A stretch of DNA of 60,447 nucleotides from a virus (taxonomy: Duplodnaviria; Caudoviricetes). Location of the stretch: the IMG/VR virus record IMGVR_UViG_3300031885_000015, positions 1-60,447 of that record; one strand, 5' to 3'. The position numbers were made by a program, and so were the translations under genes. Within the stretch, counting starts at the first letter, position 1. Every line of letters begins with the position of its first letter. The notes below the pieces were generated by a model, which saw nothing but the letters and a program-made list of their open reading frames with translations, did no database searches and was not told the DNA's origin. This document shows positions 1-8,184 of this stretch, piece by piece.

Positions 1-127
1 GAGCCTCTCCAGTGTTCACAGTAGTTATCTGGACTACCGCACCAGCAGCCAAACCTTCACTCCCAGCAGGCTTGTCTGGAGGTAGCCCCCAGCTTAGTCT
101 CTCGAGTCTCGTGGCAGTCTCTAGCAT
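1..127. repeat. 127-bp terminal direct repeat, left copy (circular assembly overlap)
   Basis: 1-127 is identical to 60321-60447; the length equals a common assembler k-mer and the repeat lies inside a gene. Confidence 0.95.
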
Positions 128-775
128 CTCTAGTGCTACCTTAGCTGGTAGCCGGTCTGCATGTAGCTTGAGGTACTCAACCGCTTGAGTAAACAGCTGT
201 GAGCCAGCTGATGCATGTCGACCTTCCATCTTACGTACTTCGTATGCTCTGAGATGCTCTCGCTCTAGGTCCCTGAATGCATCGTAGGCCTTAGCTCGGA
301 TACGCCAATGATGAAGCTTCATAAGTATCTCAACCACTTGATGCTGCACACTGACCAGTTCAGTTATGCGAGCTATCGATCGGTGACCCTTCGTGTACTT
401 CATTTCTCGATATATCTTAAAGAGGTCGTAGTGAGGAATCAGCTCGCCGTCTAGACGCTCCCATAGTGGGAGGCCACCCACGTTGGCATAGCCATCCACG
501 TAGCTGATCGACACAACAACTTCATCAGGTGGGATAAGAGCTGCTGGCACTGTGGTTGAGTGTTCGTGTGAGGCGACGAAGACAAGAGTCCGGTCGGCGT
601 CGATATATGCTAGAGGTAGGCCTTCTGGGGTCTGGGCTAGCTGGGCCTGGTATGCAACTACTCGCTCCCCCATTGCTCGCATTGCTCTCATCTTCCCTTG
701 GTCCCAGGCCAAGGGATCATCATGCTCTACTTGCAGAGGATCTTCATGTGCTACTAGAGTTGCTTGCTCAAGCAT
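1..775 (-). CDS. terS: Terminase small subunit-like protein, 5' part (continues across the join to 60151; ~314 aa)
   Basis: Manual translation is open from ATG 775 (AGGTGG RBS) across the join; LWERLDGE..YDLFKIYREM..RSIARI..HWRIRAKAYD; directly upstream of TerL. Confidence 0.7.
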   Translation of the reverse strand, partial: MLEQATLVAHEDPLQVEHDDPLAWDQGKMRAMRAMGERVVAYQAQLAQTPEGLPLAYIDADRTLVFVASHEHSTTVPAALIPPDEVVVSISYVDGYANVGGLPLWERLDGELIPHYDLFKIYREMKYTKGHRSIARITELVSVQHQVVEILMKLHHWRIRAKAYDAFRDLEREHLRAYEVRKMEGRHASAGSQLFTQAVEYLKLHADRLPAKVALEMLETATRLERLSWGLPPDKPAGSEGLAAGAVVQITTVNTGEA

Positions 776-832
776 TGTTGCCACCACCTAGACTGCAGTT
801 TGACGGCTCAGTTTCTATAGCTCTCCAATATA

Positions 833-862
833 AGTATACCATAAAGATCCCGGGTTCGTCAA
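833..862 (-). promoter_or_regulatory. sigmaA-like promoter for the packaging/structural operon
   Basis: TTGACG-18-TATACT upstream of terS. Confidence 0.55.
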
Positions 863-918
863 CGGTTCTCGTCTAGATTTTCTTTTCTGTGCATGTTTGG
901 ATGGATAACTACTGCGTC

Positions 919-1005
919 TTCCCGTGATCTAAAATCCTGGTGTGATTTTTTTGACCCCATAGTCTAGATTCCGGTGATCTGAAATCCTGGTGTGATTTTT
1001 TGACC
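919..1005. repeat. Two ~37-bp direct repeats at 50-bp spacing
   Basis: TTCC(C/G)GTGATCT(A/G)AAATCCTGGTGTGATTTTTT(T)GACC at 919 and 969. Confidence 0.85.
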
Positions 1006-1052
1006 GCACGACGTAGAATAACAACAATTTTTTACAAACCACCACGCTTTAT

Positions 1053-1087
1053 AAAAAAAGTAGGAAGGATTTTATCCTTCCTACTTT
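1053..1087 (-). terminator. Intrinsic terminator of the 1097-1381 gene
   Basis: AAAGTAGGAAGGAT/ATCCTTCCTACTTT stem followed by a U-run on the minus strand. Confidence 0.8.
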
Positions 1088-1096
1088 ACCAACTAT

Positions 1097-1381
1097 TTAC
1101 TTCTTACTCTTTCTATATCTTTCCACCACCCCCCACACATAACTATAATTACTATTCAACTCATGACTAATCTCACCCACCGTTTTACCTACATCCCACA
1201 TTCTCCTAATCACACTACCCTTACTTTCAACCCCTTCCTTTTTTACAAATCCCTCACACTTACTTACAACACCATACACGAAACTATAATTCACCCCCAA
1301 TTCCTTACTTATCTCACTCACACTCTTACCACCAACATACAACCTCCTAAACTCCTCACTCTTACCACCTTTTCTTCTCAC
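1097..1381 (-). CDS. Tandem two-HTH DNA-binding protein (paralog 1), nearly C-free mRNA
   Basis: AAAAGGAGG RBS, own promoter and terminator; two KS..(F/I)RR(L/M)...GK.V.EIS.EL..NYS(F/Y)V.GVV repeats. Confidence 0.85.
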   Translation of the reverse strand: MRRKGGKSEEFRRLYVGGKSVSEISKELGVNYSFVYGVVSKCEGFVKKEGVESKGSVIRRMWDVGKTVGEISHELNSNYSYVWGVVERYRKSKK

Positions 1382-1413
1382 CTAACCTCAACCTCCTTTT
1401 AACCTTCAACCTA

Positions 1414-1447
1414 ATTATATTGTATCATAGAATCAATCCAAACACAA
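1414..1447 (-). promoter_or_regulatory. Promoter of the C-free gene
   Basis: TATAATTAGGTTGAAGG matches the phage -10 extension; alternatively TTGTGT-17-TACAAT with an extended TG. Confidence 0.55.
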
Positions 1448-1503
1448 CCCCAAACCAAATACTCGAAATATTCAAATTATTCCCTAAACTAACACCAACA
1501 TTT

Positions 1504-1679
1504 CAACACTTAACTAACCATCTAACTTACCCTAACTACTACAAACCCAAACATCTCAATACTTAACTAACGATAGAACTATAACTACTTCCCTTCTCGA
1601 ACGGCTTTGAAGCTCTTCAACACTTAACTAACAATAGAACTAATCACCAACAGTTAAACACTTAACTAACAATAGAACA
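1504..1679. repeat. Four copies of ACTTAACTAAC(AATAGAAC)
   Basis: Copies near 1504, 1557, 1618 and 1657. Confidence 0.8.
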
Positions 1680-1681
1680 AC

Positions 1682-1749
1682 AAAGTCAGAACATTCCGAA
1701 AGTCAGAACATTTCGAAAAGTCAGAACATTCCGAAAGTCAGAATATTCC
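1682..1749. repeat. Four tandem 17-bp iteron-like repeats
   Basis: AAAGTCAGAACATTCCG x4 with single substitutions. Confidence 0.9.
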
Positions 1750-1753
1750 AAAA

Positions 1754-2096
1754 GAAGCACCTACCCACCAATTAAAACTACACCCTGCCAGCTCCCTCCA
1801 CCCTAGAAGCACCTACACACCAATTAAAACTAGCCCTCCTCACAACACCTGCGCACCAATTAAAACTAGCCCCCACAAGCACCTGCCCACCGATTAAAAC
1901 TAGTCCCCACAACTACCTGCACACCAATTAAAACTAGTCTCCCGTAGCATGTTGGTGACTGACCTGGCGCAAAGAGTTTCGTCACGGGGCTCCTGGTCAC
2001 CAGTTTGAACTGGTCACCAGTTTGTCTACGCCAACGCCCCACCTGTACACCGGTTAAAACTCCTCTCCGACGCAACCGCACACCGGTTAAAACTCC
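1754..2096. repeat. Array of CACC(A/G)(A/G)TTAAAACT motifs, partly at 33-bp period
   Basis: Seven copies in 1754-2096; further copies near 2790 and 2902, and a partial one near 3697. Confidence 0.85.
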
Positions 2097-2147
2097 CCAC
2101 CGCAGCAGCCTTGGTTTCTGTCGCGAAAGTTGCATGTATGGAAACCG

Positions 2148-2176
2148 TTGACTTTTGCCCAGAAGTATAGTATAAT
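2148..2176 (+). promoter_or_regulatory. sigmaA-like early promoter
   Basis: TTGACT-17-TATAAT. Confidence 0.85.
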
Positions 2177-2216
2177 TAAGGTAGAAGTACAAAATAGATG
2201 AAAGGAGGTGAACAGA

Positions 2217-2516
2217 ATGGCCACCATGACGGAAGCAGCTGCAAAGAGAGTTGTTCTTGGTTGTACTAGCTGCAAGGAGTGCATAGACGACCAGAACAGA
2301 GATTGCAGCACGTGTCCAGAACAGAACAAGGAGACCAACTGCAAGTGGTGTGTGAAGCACAACGACACCAACTGCAGCAGTTGTCTTTGTGTCACCTGCT
2401 GTAATTGTTGTGACGAGCTAGCATGTAGCATCCGAGCCACAGGTCCTCCTTGTGGGCTGGTGCTACGTGAAACCCAACTAGCTACAGCACTTCTAGCTAC
2501 ACTCAACAAGAACTAA
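2217..2516 (+). CDS. Cysteine-rich small protein (16 Cys, 99 aa)
   Basis: AGGAGGTG RBS; repeated CxxC motifs. Confidence 0.75.
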   Translation: MATMTEAAAKRVVLGCTSCKECIDDQNRDCSTCPEQNKETNCKWCVKHNDTNCSSCLCVTCCNCCDELACSIRATGPPCGLVLRETQLATALLATLNKN

Positions 2517-2559
2517 CTTCACAGACCCTAAGTGCACCTGTAGGAAGGAGGAGTTGTCG

Positions 2560-2667
2560 GTGTCGACCACCAACGGGATTCGAGTTGCAATTTGCCTCAT
2601 ATGTGCACCAGTGGTCGTGACCATCCTGTACACGGCTGCACTTGCCATACAGTATCTCGCGCGTTAA
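2560..2667 (+). CDS. 35-aa hydrophobic peptide, copy 1
   Basis: AAGGAGGAG RBS; MSTTNGIRVAICLICAPVVVTILYTAALAIQYLAR; duplicated at 5758. Confidence 0.7.
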   Translation: MSTTNGIRVAICLICAPVVVTILYTAALAIQYLAR

Positions 2668-2933
2668 CTAGTAACTTCATAAACTCGAGCAGACCTGCAA
2701 CTACAGAACGCCAGGTTGTAGGAAACACTCGGGTTGCAGTTTGGGCCCCTGGTCACCAGATGCCCCCGACACATACCAACCCACCCACCCACCAGTTAAA
2801 ACTCCTGCCCGACATTTTGTTCGACCCAATCAGTCTGTTGACCAGGAGCCTTGCCCCGTCCTGCTCACCAGATGCCCCCGGCGCGTACCAACCCACCCAC
2901 CCACCAGTTAAAACTAGTGACTGGCACTAACAT

Positions 2934-2966
2934 AAAAAGAGGAAGGCTAGGATGACCTAGCCTTCC
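2934..2966 (-). terminator. Intrinsic terminator
   Basis: GGAAGGCTAGG-ATGA-CCTAGCCTTCC stem with a U-run on the minus strand. Confidence 0.75.
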
Positions 2967-2994
2967 CCTTCGACCTCTTGGGCTGCTATTAGCT

Positions 2995-3486
2995 CTAAGC
3001 TACAACCTTGGTCTGGACTGTAGCTGTCCGATCACGACGGTGCTTACTGATGACAGTATGCACGTAGGAGTAGTTGCTGTTGGTCGCGTGAGCGATCTGG
3101 CCGATCGTCATGTCACCCTCATCCCACAGCCGACGGAACAGATCAGCCTTCTCACCCTTGATACGACTGGTGATTGGCTGACCCTTGTCCTTCGCATGCC
3201 TCGTTACGACGGAGCGCACGAAGGAGTAGTTGCTGCCAGTGGCACGAGCGATCGTCGGAATGTCCTTGCCCTCGTCGTAGAGCCTGCGGAACATGTCGCT
3301 CTTCGTCTCCTTAGACTCTTCGACCACCTGAGGCTGCTCGACCTTCGGCTCGTCGGTCGCCTGTACACTGTCGGTCACCTGCACGTTGTCGGTCACTGGA
3401 CGCACGTCGTCAGCCACCGGACGCACCTCCTGCTTGTCGGTCGTTCCACCCACCTGAGACCTCTTCGACTTACCGTTGCTAGCCAT
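2995..3486 (-). CDS. Tandem two-HTH protein (paralog 2)
   Basis: AAAGGAGG RBS before ATG 3486; KSDMFRRLYDEG..IARATGSNYSFV and KADLFRRLWDEG..IAHATNSNYSYV. Confidence 0.85.
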   Translation of the reverse strand: MASNGKSKRSQVGGTTDKQEVRPVADDVRPVTDNVQVTDSVQATDEPKVEQPQVVEESKETKSDMFRRLYDEGKDIPTIARATGSNYSFVRSVVTRHAKDKGQPITSRIKGEKADLFRRLWDEGDMTIGQIAHATNSNYSYVHTVISKHRRDRTATVQTKVVA

Positions 3487-3520
3487 CTGACTGAAACCTC
3501 CTTTCGATCCTTCTAACTTA

Positions 3521-3549
3521 ATTATACTATACTTGAGAGCAAAAGTCAA
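3521..3549 (-). promoter_or_regulatory. sigmaA-like early promoter
   Basis: TTGACT-17-TATAAT. Confidence 0.85.
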
Positions 3550-3799
3550 CATGGACATAGCTGCAACTTCAAGCTCTTATACGCAATGTAGACACTGCAC
3601 CCCGGAGCTCCAAACGGCCATCGCCCCAGTCCCACTCACCAGCCACTGCTGGTAAGCCATTCGCAGCGTCGACCAGGCCGAAACTACCACAGCCCTATTA
3701 AAACTGAGCCTCGCAGCAACCACTGCAGTAACCACCACAGCAGCTAGTGTCAAGCAACAACTTCAGAGAATGCCACGAAAGTCACATGTATGGAGACTG

Positions 3800-3828
3800 T
3801 TGACTTTGAGCTCAAAATAGAGTATAAT
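3800..3828 (+). promoter_or_regulatory. sigmaA-like early promoter
   Basis: TTGACT-17-TATAAT. Confidence 0.85.
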
Positions 3829-3865
3829 TAAGATAGAAGGTACGAGATGAAGGGAGGTGACACGA

Positions 3866-4396
3866 ATGAACTACCCCAAACAGCTCAGCCGAGATCAAGC
3901 TGACGAGATCGTCAATACTCGTCACAAGGATCTCGTAGCAGGCGTGGGCGAAGGCCCATCGCTCGATGGCGACTACGAACAGACTGAAGAGAGCCACGTG
4001 TACGGGCTCGATGACGGCACTGCTCTCGTTGTGCGACACAACAAGGTTAGCTACATCGAAGGTGGCGAAGCAACTAAGCTTCTCAACAAGTTCGACTCAC
4101 AGCTCCCAGGCTTGCACAACGACGACGTGTGGTACCTTGTTCTGAGCGGCCTCGTAGCCGAAGACCTCAAGGAGAAGGGTCTCCACAAGACTAGCGTTCA
4201 AGACCTCACCTCGAAGCTGTTTTTCAACCTGCAGCAGGCACACGAGTACATGGAGCAGTGGGCTGCAGCTAGACAGCGAGAGGAAGATGCGGTGCTGTTC
4301 GCTGACGACGAGCACGACTTGCTGATTGCCAAGAACCCTGAAACCAAGCTTGAGAGGTTCTGGTACCTCATCCCTATCCGAGTAGCCTGTCGATAG
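3866..4396 (+). CDS. Hypothetical early protein
   Basis: GGGAGGTG RBS; follows a promoter. Confidence 0.75.
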   Translation: MNYPKQLSRDQADEIVNTRHKDLVAGVGEGPSLDGDYEQTEESHVYGLDDGTALVVRHNKVSYIEGGEATKLLNKFDSQLPGLHNDDVWYLVLSGLVAEDLKEKGLHKTSVQDLTSKLFFNLQQAHEYMEQWAAARQREEDAVLFADDEHDLLIAKNPETKLERFWYLIPIRVACR

Positions 4397-4625
4397 CTAG
4401 GTAGCTAACAAGCAACCACTAACAGAGACCAAACGGGAGTGAGAGTACCGTCCGTAGCGCAAAGCGCTCTATACGGAAACCACTCGGGATGCGATGAAAC
4501 GTCCTGAGCGTCCGGCCCGCCCTCTGGCAAAAACGCCAGATAGGCGTTGCTCTCCCCCACCACATAAAACGAGGAAACCTCAGCTGACTCCAGAGCCAAC
4601 CCTAAAAGTCACTCCATTGAGACTC

Positions 4626-4654
4626 TTGTCTTTTTTACACTTATGTAGTATAAT
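4626..4654 (+). promoter_or_regulatory. sigmaA-like early promoter
   Basis: TTGTCT-17-TATAAT. Confidence 0.75.
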
Positions 4655-4683
4655 TAAAGTAGGATCAGAGTAGAGCAAAGGAG

Positions 4684-5085
4684 GTGGGAACATTGACCTA
4701 CAAGAACCTTCAGCGACGCGCGAGTGAGCTAGGGCTCTCGCCCTTTGGTAAGTCGCAGACGCAACTCGAGGCTGAGATCCAGCAGGCTGGCAGTGCTACT
4801 CCCACCAAGAGCAGCCAGATCAGAGCCCTACACGACAAGGGGTACTCAGTGTCTGAGATCGCTCAGATGCTGAACCTCAACTACAGCTTCGCCTACGGAG
4901 TGGTTCAAAAGCACTCTGGTGCCAGGAAAGAAGCCACTCCTAGGCCCCCCAGCAGAAGCCAGCAGATCCGAGAGCTAGCTGAGACCGGTGTAGCAAGGAA
5001 GGAGATATGCACTCGGCTCGGAGTCACCTACAGCCTCGTGTACAACGCCTTGAACAACCCTCCGAAGGGAGGTACCAAGGGGTGA
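4684..5085 (+). CDS. Tandem two-HTH protein (paralog 3) with a short N-terminal helical domain
   Basis: KSSQIRALHDKGYSVSEIAQMLNLNYSFAYGVV and RSQQIRELAETG..EICTRLGVTYSLVYNAL. Confidence 0.85.
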   Translation: MGTLTYKNLQRRASELGLSPFGKSQTQLEAEIQQAGSATPTKSSQIRALHDKGYSVSEIAQMLNLNYSFAYGVVQKHSGARKEATPRPPSRSQQIRELAETGVARKEICTRLGVTYSLVYNALNNPPKGGTKG

Positions 5086-5234
5086 CCTATCCACAGGCGT
5101 TCCTAGTTTGCTCGCTCGCGCTGCTCGTGCTGTCGATGACAGGTCTTGCCATCGAGGACTGGCTGAAGTGGCGAAAGTACCAACCGCAGAGGCTAAAAGC
5201 CTCAAGGAGGAGCAAGCGATGCCCCACCCCCTAG
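5082..5234 (+). CDS. Small membrane protein
   Basis: GGGAGG RBS, GTGA overlap with the upstream gene, hydrophobic N-terminus. Confidence 0.55.
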   Translation: MTYPQAFLVCSLALLVLSMTGLAIEDWLKWRKYQPQRLKASRRSKRCPTP

Positions 5235-5707
5235 AACGAGACAGTAGGGTTCCAAGCTTCAACTATCCAAAGTCCACTGAGGATTACATCAAGTGGTGCA
5301 AGGCCGCCATCCTCGATGGCGGTAACCTCGGTGGATGGGACCCAGAGAACCCGCTTGCCGCAGACACCAAGTACGGCTCGTCAGTCAATGTGTTCGACGG
5401 GGTGCTGACCACGGAGCTAGGACAGTGGGCAGTCCTCATCTACCTAGGGGGCGAAGTGACCCAGAGAGATGAGACAGGGATTCCCACCTCCTACTCAAGG
5501 CTAGTAGTCAGCATGTGGGGGCCTGACAAGCTCGCCTGCCTGATCAGGTACCCCTACCAGCGGCCGTCACAAGTGGAGCTTCGAACGTGTCATTACTGCT
5601 ACAAGGAAAACGTTCCGACCGTGCAGCTATCGTTCGCCGGCCGAGCCTGCGTCGGGTGTCGAAAGAAGCTTGTGGCAGAGTACGAGTATCCAGGCTGGAC
5701 GAAGTAA
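5219..5707 (+). CDS. Hypothetical protein with C-terminal Zn finger
   Basis: AAGGAGGAG RBS; CHYC..CVGC. Confidence 0.7.
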   Translation: MPHPLERDSRVPSFNYPKSTEDYIKWCKAAILDGGNLGGWDPENPLAADTKYGSSVNVFDGVLTTELGQWAVLIYLGGEVTQRDETGIPTSYSRLVVSMWGPDKLACLIRYPYQRPSQVELRTCHYCYKENVPTVQLSFAGRACVGCRKKLVAEYEYPGWTK

Positions 5708-5757
5708 GCGCTAGGTACCTAAGTACTAGGTACCCAAGTACCAAGGAGGGGTTGTCG

Positions 5758-5865
5758 GTGTCGACCACCAACGGGATTCGAGTTGCAATTTGCCTCATAT
5801 GTGCACCAGTGGTCGTGACCATCCTGTACACGGCTGCACTTGCCATACAGTACCTCGCGCGTTAG
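5758..5865 (+). CDS. 35-aa hydrophobic peptide, copy 2
   Basis: Same peptide as 2560-2667; differs only by TAT/TAC and TAA/TAG. Confidence 0.7.
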   Translation: MSTTNGIRVAICLICAPVVVTILYTAALAIQYLAR

Positions 5866-5916
5866 CGGTACAACGCCTCGAAGCATGAGGTACCTAAGTA
5901 CAAGGAGGGCATAACA

Positions 5917-6030
5917 GTGGGTGACATACTCTGCTCCTGGTGTCTGCGTAGCGTTGATTGCAGCTATGAGGGTTGCAGCTGCGACGGGTGTCCAGGCGAA
6001 CAGTATGACGAGCTCCTAGCTACAAGCTAG
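5917..6030 (+). CDS. 37-aa Cys-rich peptide
   Basis: AAGGAGGG RBS; MGDILCSWCLRSVDCSYEGCSCDGCPGEQYDELLATS. Confidence 0.5.
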   Translation: MGDILCSWCLRSVDCSYEGCSCDGCPGEQYDELLATS

Positions 6031-6254
6031 AGGCTACGAGCTACGAGCTAAAAGCCGCGGTGGCAAAACGAAACTCGGCGGCCGCAAAACGAGAGTGCCT
6101 CACTACAAGCGGAAGTGCCTAGGCAGCCTAGGGGCCTAGGCACGCCCTTTCATTTTCGCACATTTTCGCACTTATAATTTTCGACGAAATGGGGCATACT
6201 AAAAATAGCAGGGTAAGGCTCAGATAGGCCCTGACTATTAGAGGAGGTGTCCAC

Positions 6255-6554
6255 ATGCCCCTAAAGTTCGAGGGAACCCACTTCGGCAAGCAGCCACAAC
6301 CAGTCGACTCTCCATTGTATGGCAAGGGATACGTTCCACCCAGTCCACCGAAGGTAGATGGTCCCCAGATCGATCTGGACGTCCTACACAATAAGGAGGT
6401 ACTTGACGCTCTCAGAGAAGCAGGACGGATCTATTACGAAGAGATGGTTAAGGTGGGATATTCCCCACTCACCATCGGAACCTACCACTCTCAGGTAGGA
6501 CGCTTCATTCTGTTCCTAGAGCAAGGGCAGGTACTTCCAGATCGAGAACAGTAA
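6255..6554 (+). CDS. Hypothetical protein; C-terminus resembles an integrase SAM-like domain
   Basis: AGGAGGTG RBS; GYSPLTIGTYHSQVGRFILFL. Confidence 0.65.
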   Translation: MPLKFEGTHFGKQPQPVDSPLYGKGYVPPSPPKVDGPQIDLDVLHNKEVLDALREAGRIYYEEMVKVGYSPLTIGTYHSQVGRFILFLEQGQVLPDREQ

Positions 6555-6625
6555 CTGTTAGACAGCAACAGCTACTCAACAGCTGCTCAACAGCTGCTTA
6601 ACAGCTAGTAAGCTAGCCTACCAGA

Positions 6626-6670
6626 AGGGGAGCCTCTGTAGCTGCACTAAGTAAGCTACAGGGGCTCCTC
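6626..6670. terminator. Hairpin closing the rightward early unit
   Basis: GGGAGCCTCTGTAGCT/AGCTACAGGGGGCTCCT stem; no clear U-tract. Confidence 0.55.
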
Positions 6671-6732
6671 TCTACACCAAGCAAGCTACAACCATTGGCA
6701 TAGCAATAACTGAAGATGTTCACACCTTCGGT

Positions 6733-7060
6733 AGCTATCAAAACTATCGTAACTAAAAATCGAGGAGAATTCGATAGCCCGATTTTTCCGCGAAATTTCG
6801 CGGTTCCTCGCCCTCGGGCTATCGAAACTATCGGATTTAAGTCCTACTTATATATTCTACACTTAATTCCCTAACCGTTTTAGTTTACCAGTAAGCTTAA
6901 ATCCGATAGCTTTGATAGCCGACACCCGAGGAACCCACGTTTTTCGCGGGTTTTCTCGGGCTATCGGTTTCTCGTCGACCTATAGCCTTGCTACCAAAAT
7001 CCAATAGCCCTCACCCGAGGAACCCACGTTTTTCGCGGGTTTTCTCGGGCTATCGATTTC
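6733..7060. other. Putative replication origin
   Basis: 25-bp inverted repeat (6817-6841/6896-6920) flanking an AT-rich core; identical 44-bp direct repeats at 6923 and 7012; many GCTATC/GATAGC motifs; non-coding and near the primase. Confidence 0.6.
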
Positions 7061-7248
7061 TCTTCAACTTGTCACCCTACACTTTGGAAGGCTGCAGATA
7101 TGGGTAGCCCAGTAAATCTTACGGGACCACCTCACAGTGCTACTCCTACCAAGAGCAGGAGTTTCCTGGTTGGAAGGACCTTTCAGATCTACTGAGCCAC
7201 CAAACTGCGGAGTAAGCTGTAACCTACTTAGGAAGTCCTGTAGCTTAC

Positions 7249-7860
7249 CTAGGAGGTCCTGTAGGTCTTTCCGTTCGAGAGGGTATCGTGATTGCAGCGT
7301 TCCTCCAAGCATAGTTCTCGCATGCTGCAATCTACAGGGAAAGGACAAATGCCCCGTTGGACAGCCGTCCTAACTGTACCCTTCTCGATCTTGAGTAGGA
7401 GCTTACCGCGCTGTTTGACGAACCGTGCAGCCTCCGTAACAACCTGGCAGAAGTCGTCACCCTGGAAGGTGTACATGTAGAGATTGAGTGCAGCTTCATC
7501 CTGCTGAATGCAAGCGACAGGCTCGAGGCCAGGAGTCTGCGTGTGAGGACCCGACAAGCTTGGGCCAGGCAAGTTCGGGCTGCGGACGCAGAAGCGAAGG
7601 GTTAGCACGATCCTACTATCAGTCCAGTACACCTGAGAGTGGTTGATCCTACACCACTCAAGCGCACCACGAGGACTCAGCACTCCACCCTCTGGTACGT
7701 CGGAGGGTGCAAGACCTACTGTTCTTTTGATTGTACTCCGAATGATATCTCCCCATCCAGGTGCCACGTCCTTATGAAACGAGGCTCGGACGTCCTCCTG
7801 TTGGAACACAAGTACAGCCTCAGCCTCGAAGCACTTACGCAAGGCCGTCGTGATGTGCAC
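7249..7860 (-). CDS. Hypothetical protein
   Basis: AAGGGAGG RBS; 203-aa ORF. Confidence 0.55.
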   Translation of the reverse strand: MHITTALRKCFEAEAVLVFQQEDVRASFHKDVAPGWGDIIRSTIKRTVGLAPSDVPEGGVLSPRGALEWCRINHSQVYWTDSRIVLTLRFCVRSPNLPGPSLSGPHTQTPGLEPVACIQQDEAALNLYMYTFQGDDFCQVVTEAARFVKQRGKLLLKIEKGTVRTAVQRGICPFPVDCSMRELCLEERCNHDTLSNGKTYRTS

Positions 7861-7922
7861 TTCGTCTAACCTCCCTTGATAGCCAAGCTGTTAGAGCTAG
7901 TTGTTAGAGCTAGCTTTAACAG

Positions 7923-8105
7923 CTAGCCAAGTTGTTGAAGACACTCGTCGCTACACACTGGTACCAGGTAGTCAATATCGCGCCACCAGGTAAGCTGCTC
8001 GCAGACCTGACAAGGCAGCTTCTCGATAACCAAGATCACAGATGACTGGGGCTCCTCCCAGAGCTTAGTGTCTGGGTATCTGTCATCGAACTTCATCGTA
8101 ATCAC
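7923..8105 (-). CDS. Small Zn-finger protein
   Basis: CQVC..CSDEC. Confidence 0.55.
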   Translation of the reverse strand: MITMKFDDRYPDTKLWEEPQSSVILVIEKLPCQVCEQLTWWRDIDYLVPVCSDECLQQLG

Positions 8106-8184
8106 CTCACAAAGCTACGTGTAGTGTAGGCTATCTCGTAGTGCACAAGCTACGTGTAGCGTATGGCTACCTCGTAGTGCAGGG

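Noticed and set aside
1-127. Biological terminal repeat
   Set aside because: Exactly 127 nt and inside the terS-like ORF; best explained as an assembler overlap
1163-1402. Plus-strand 79-aa ORF, and minus-strand ORFs over 1866-2509
   Set aside because: By-products of compositional bias or antisense to better-supported genes; no RBS
1682-2096. CRISPR or mini-CRISPR array
   Set aside because: Repeats are tandem or separated by short, mutually similar linkers; no unique ~30-nt spacers and no cas operon
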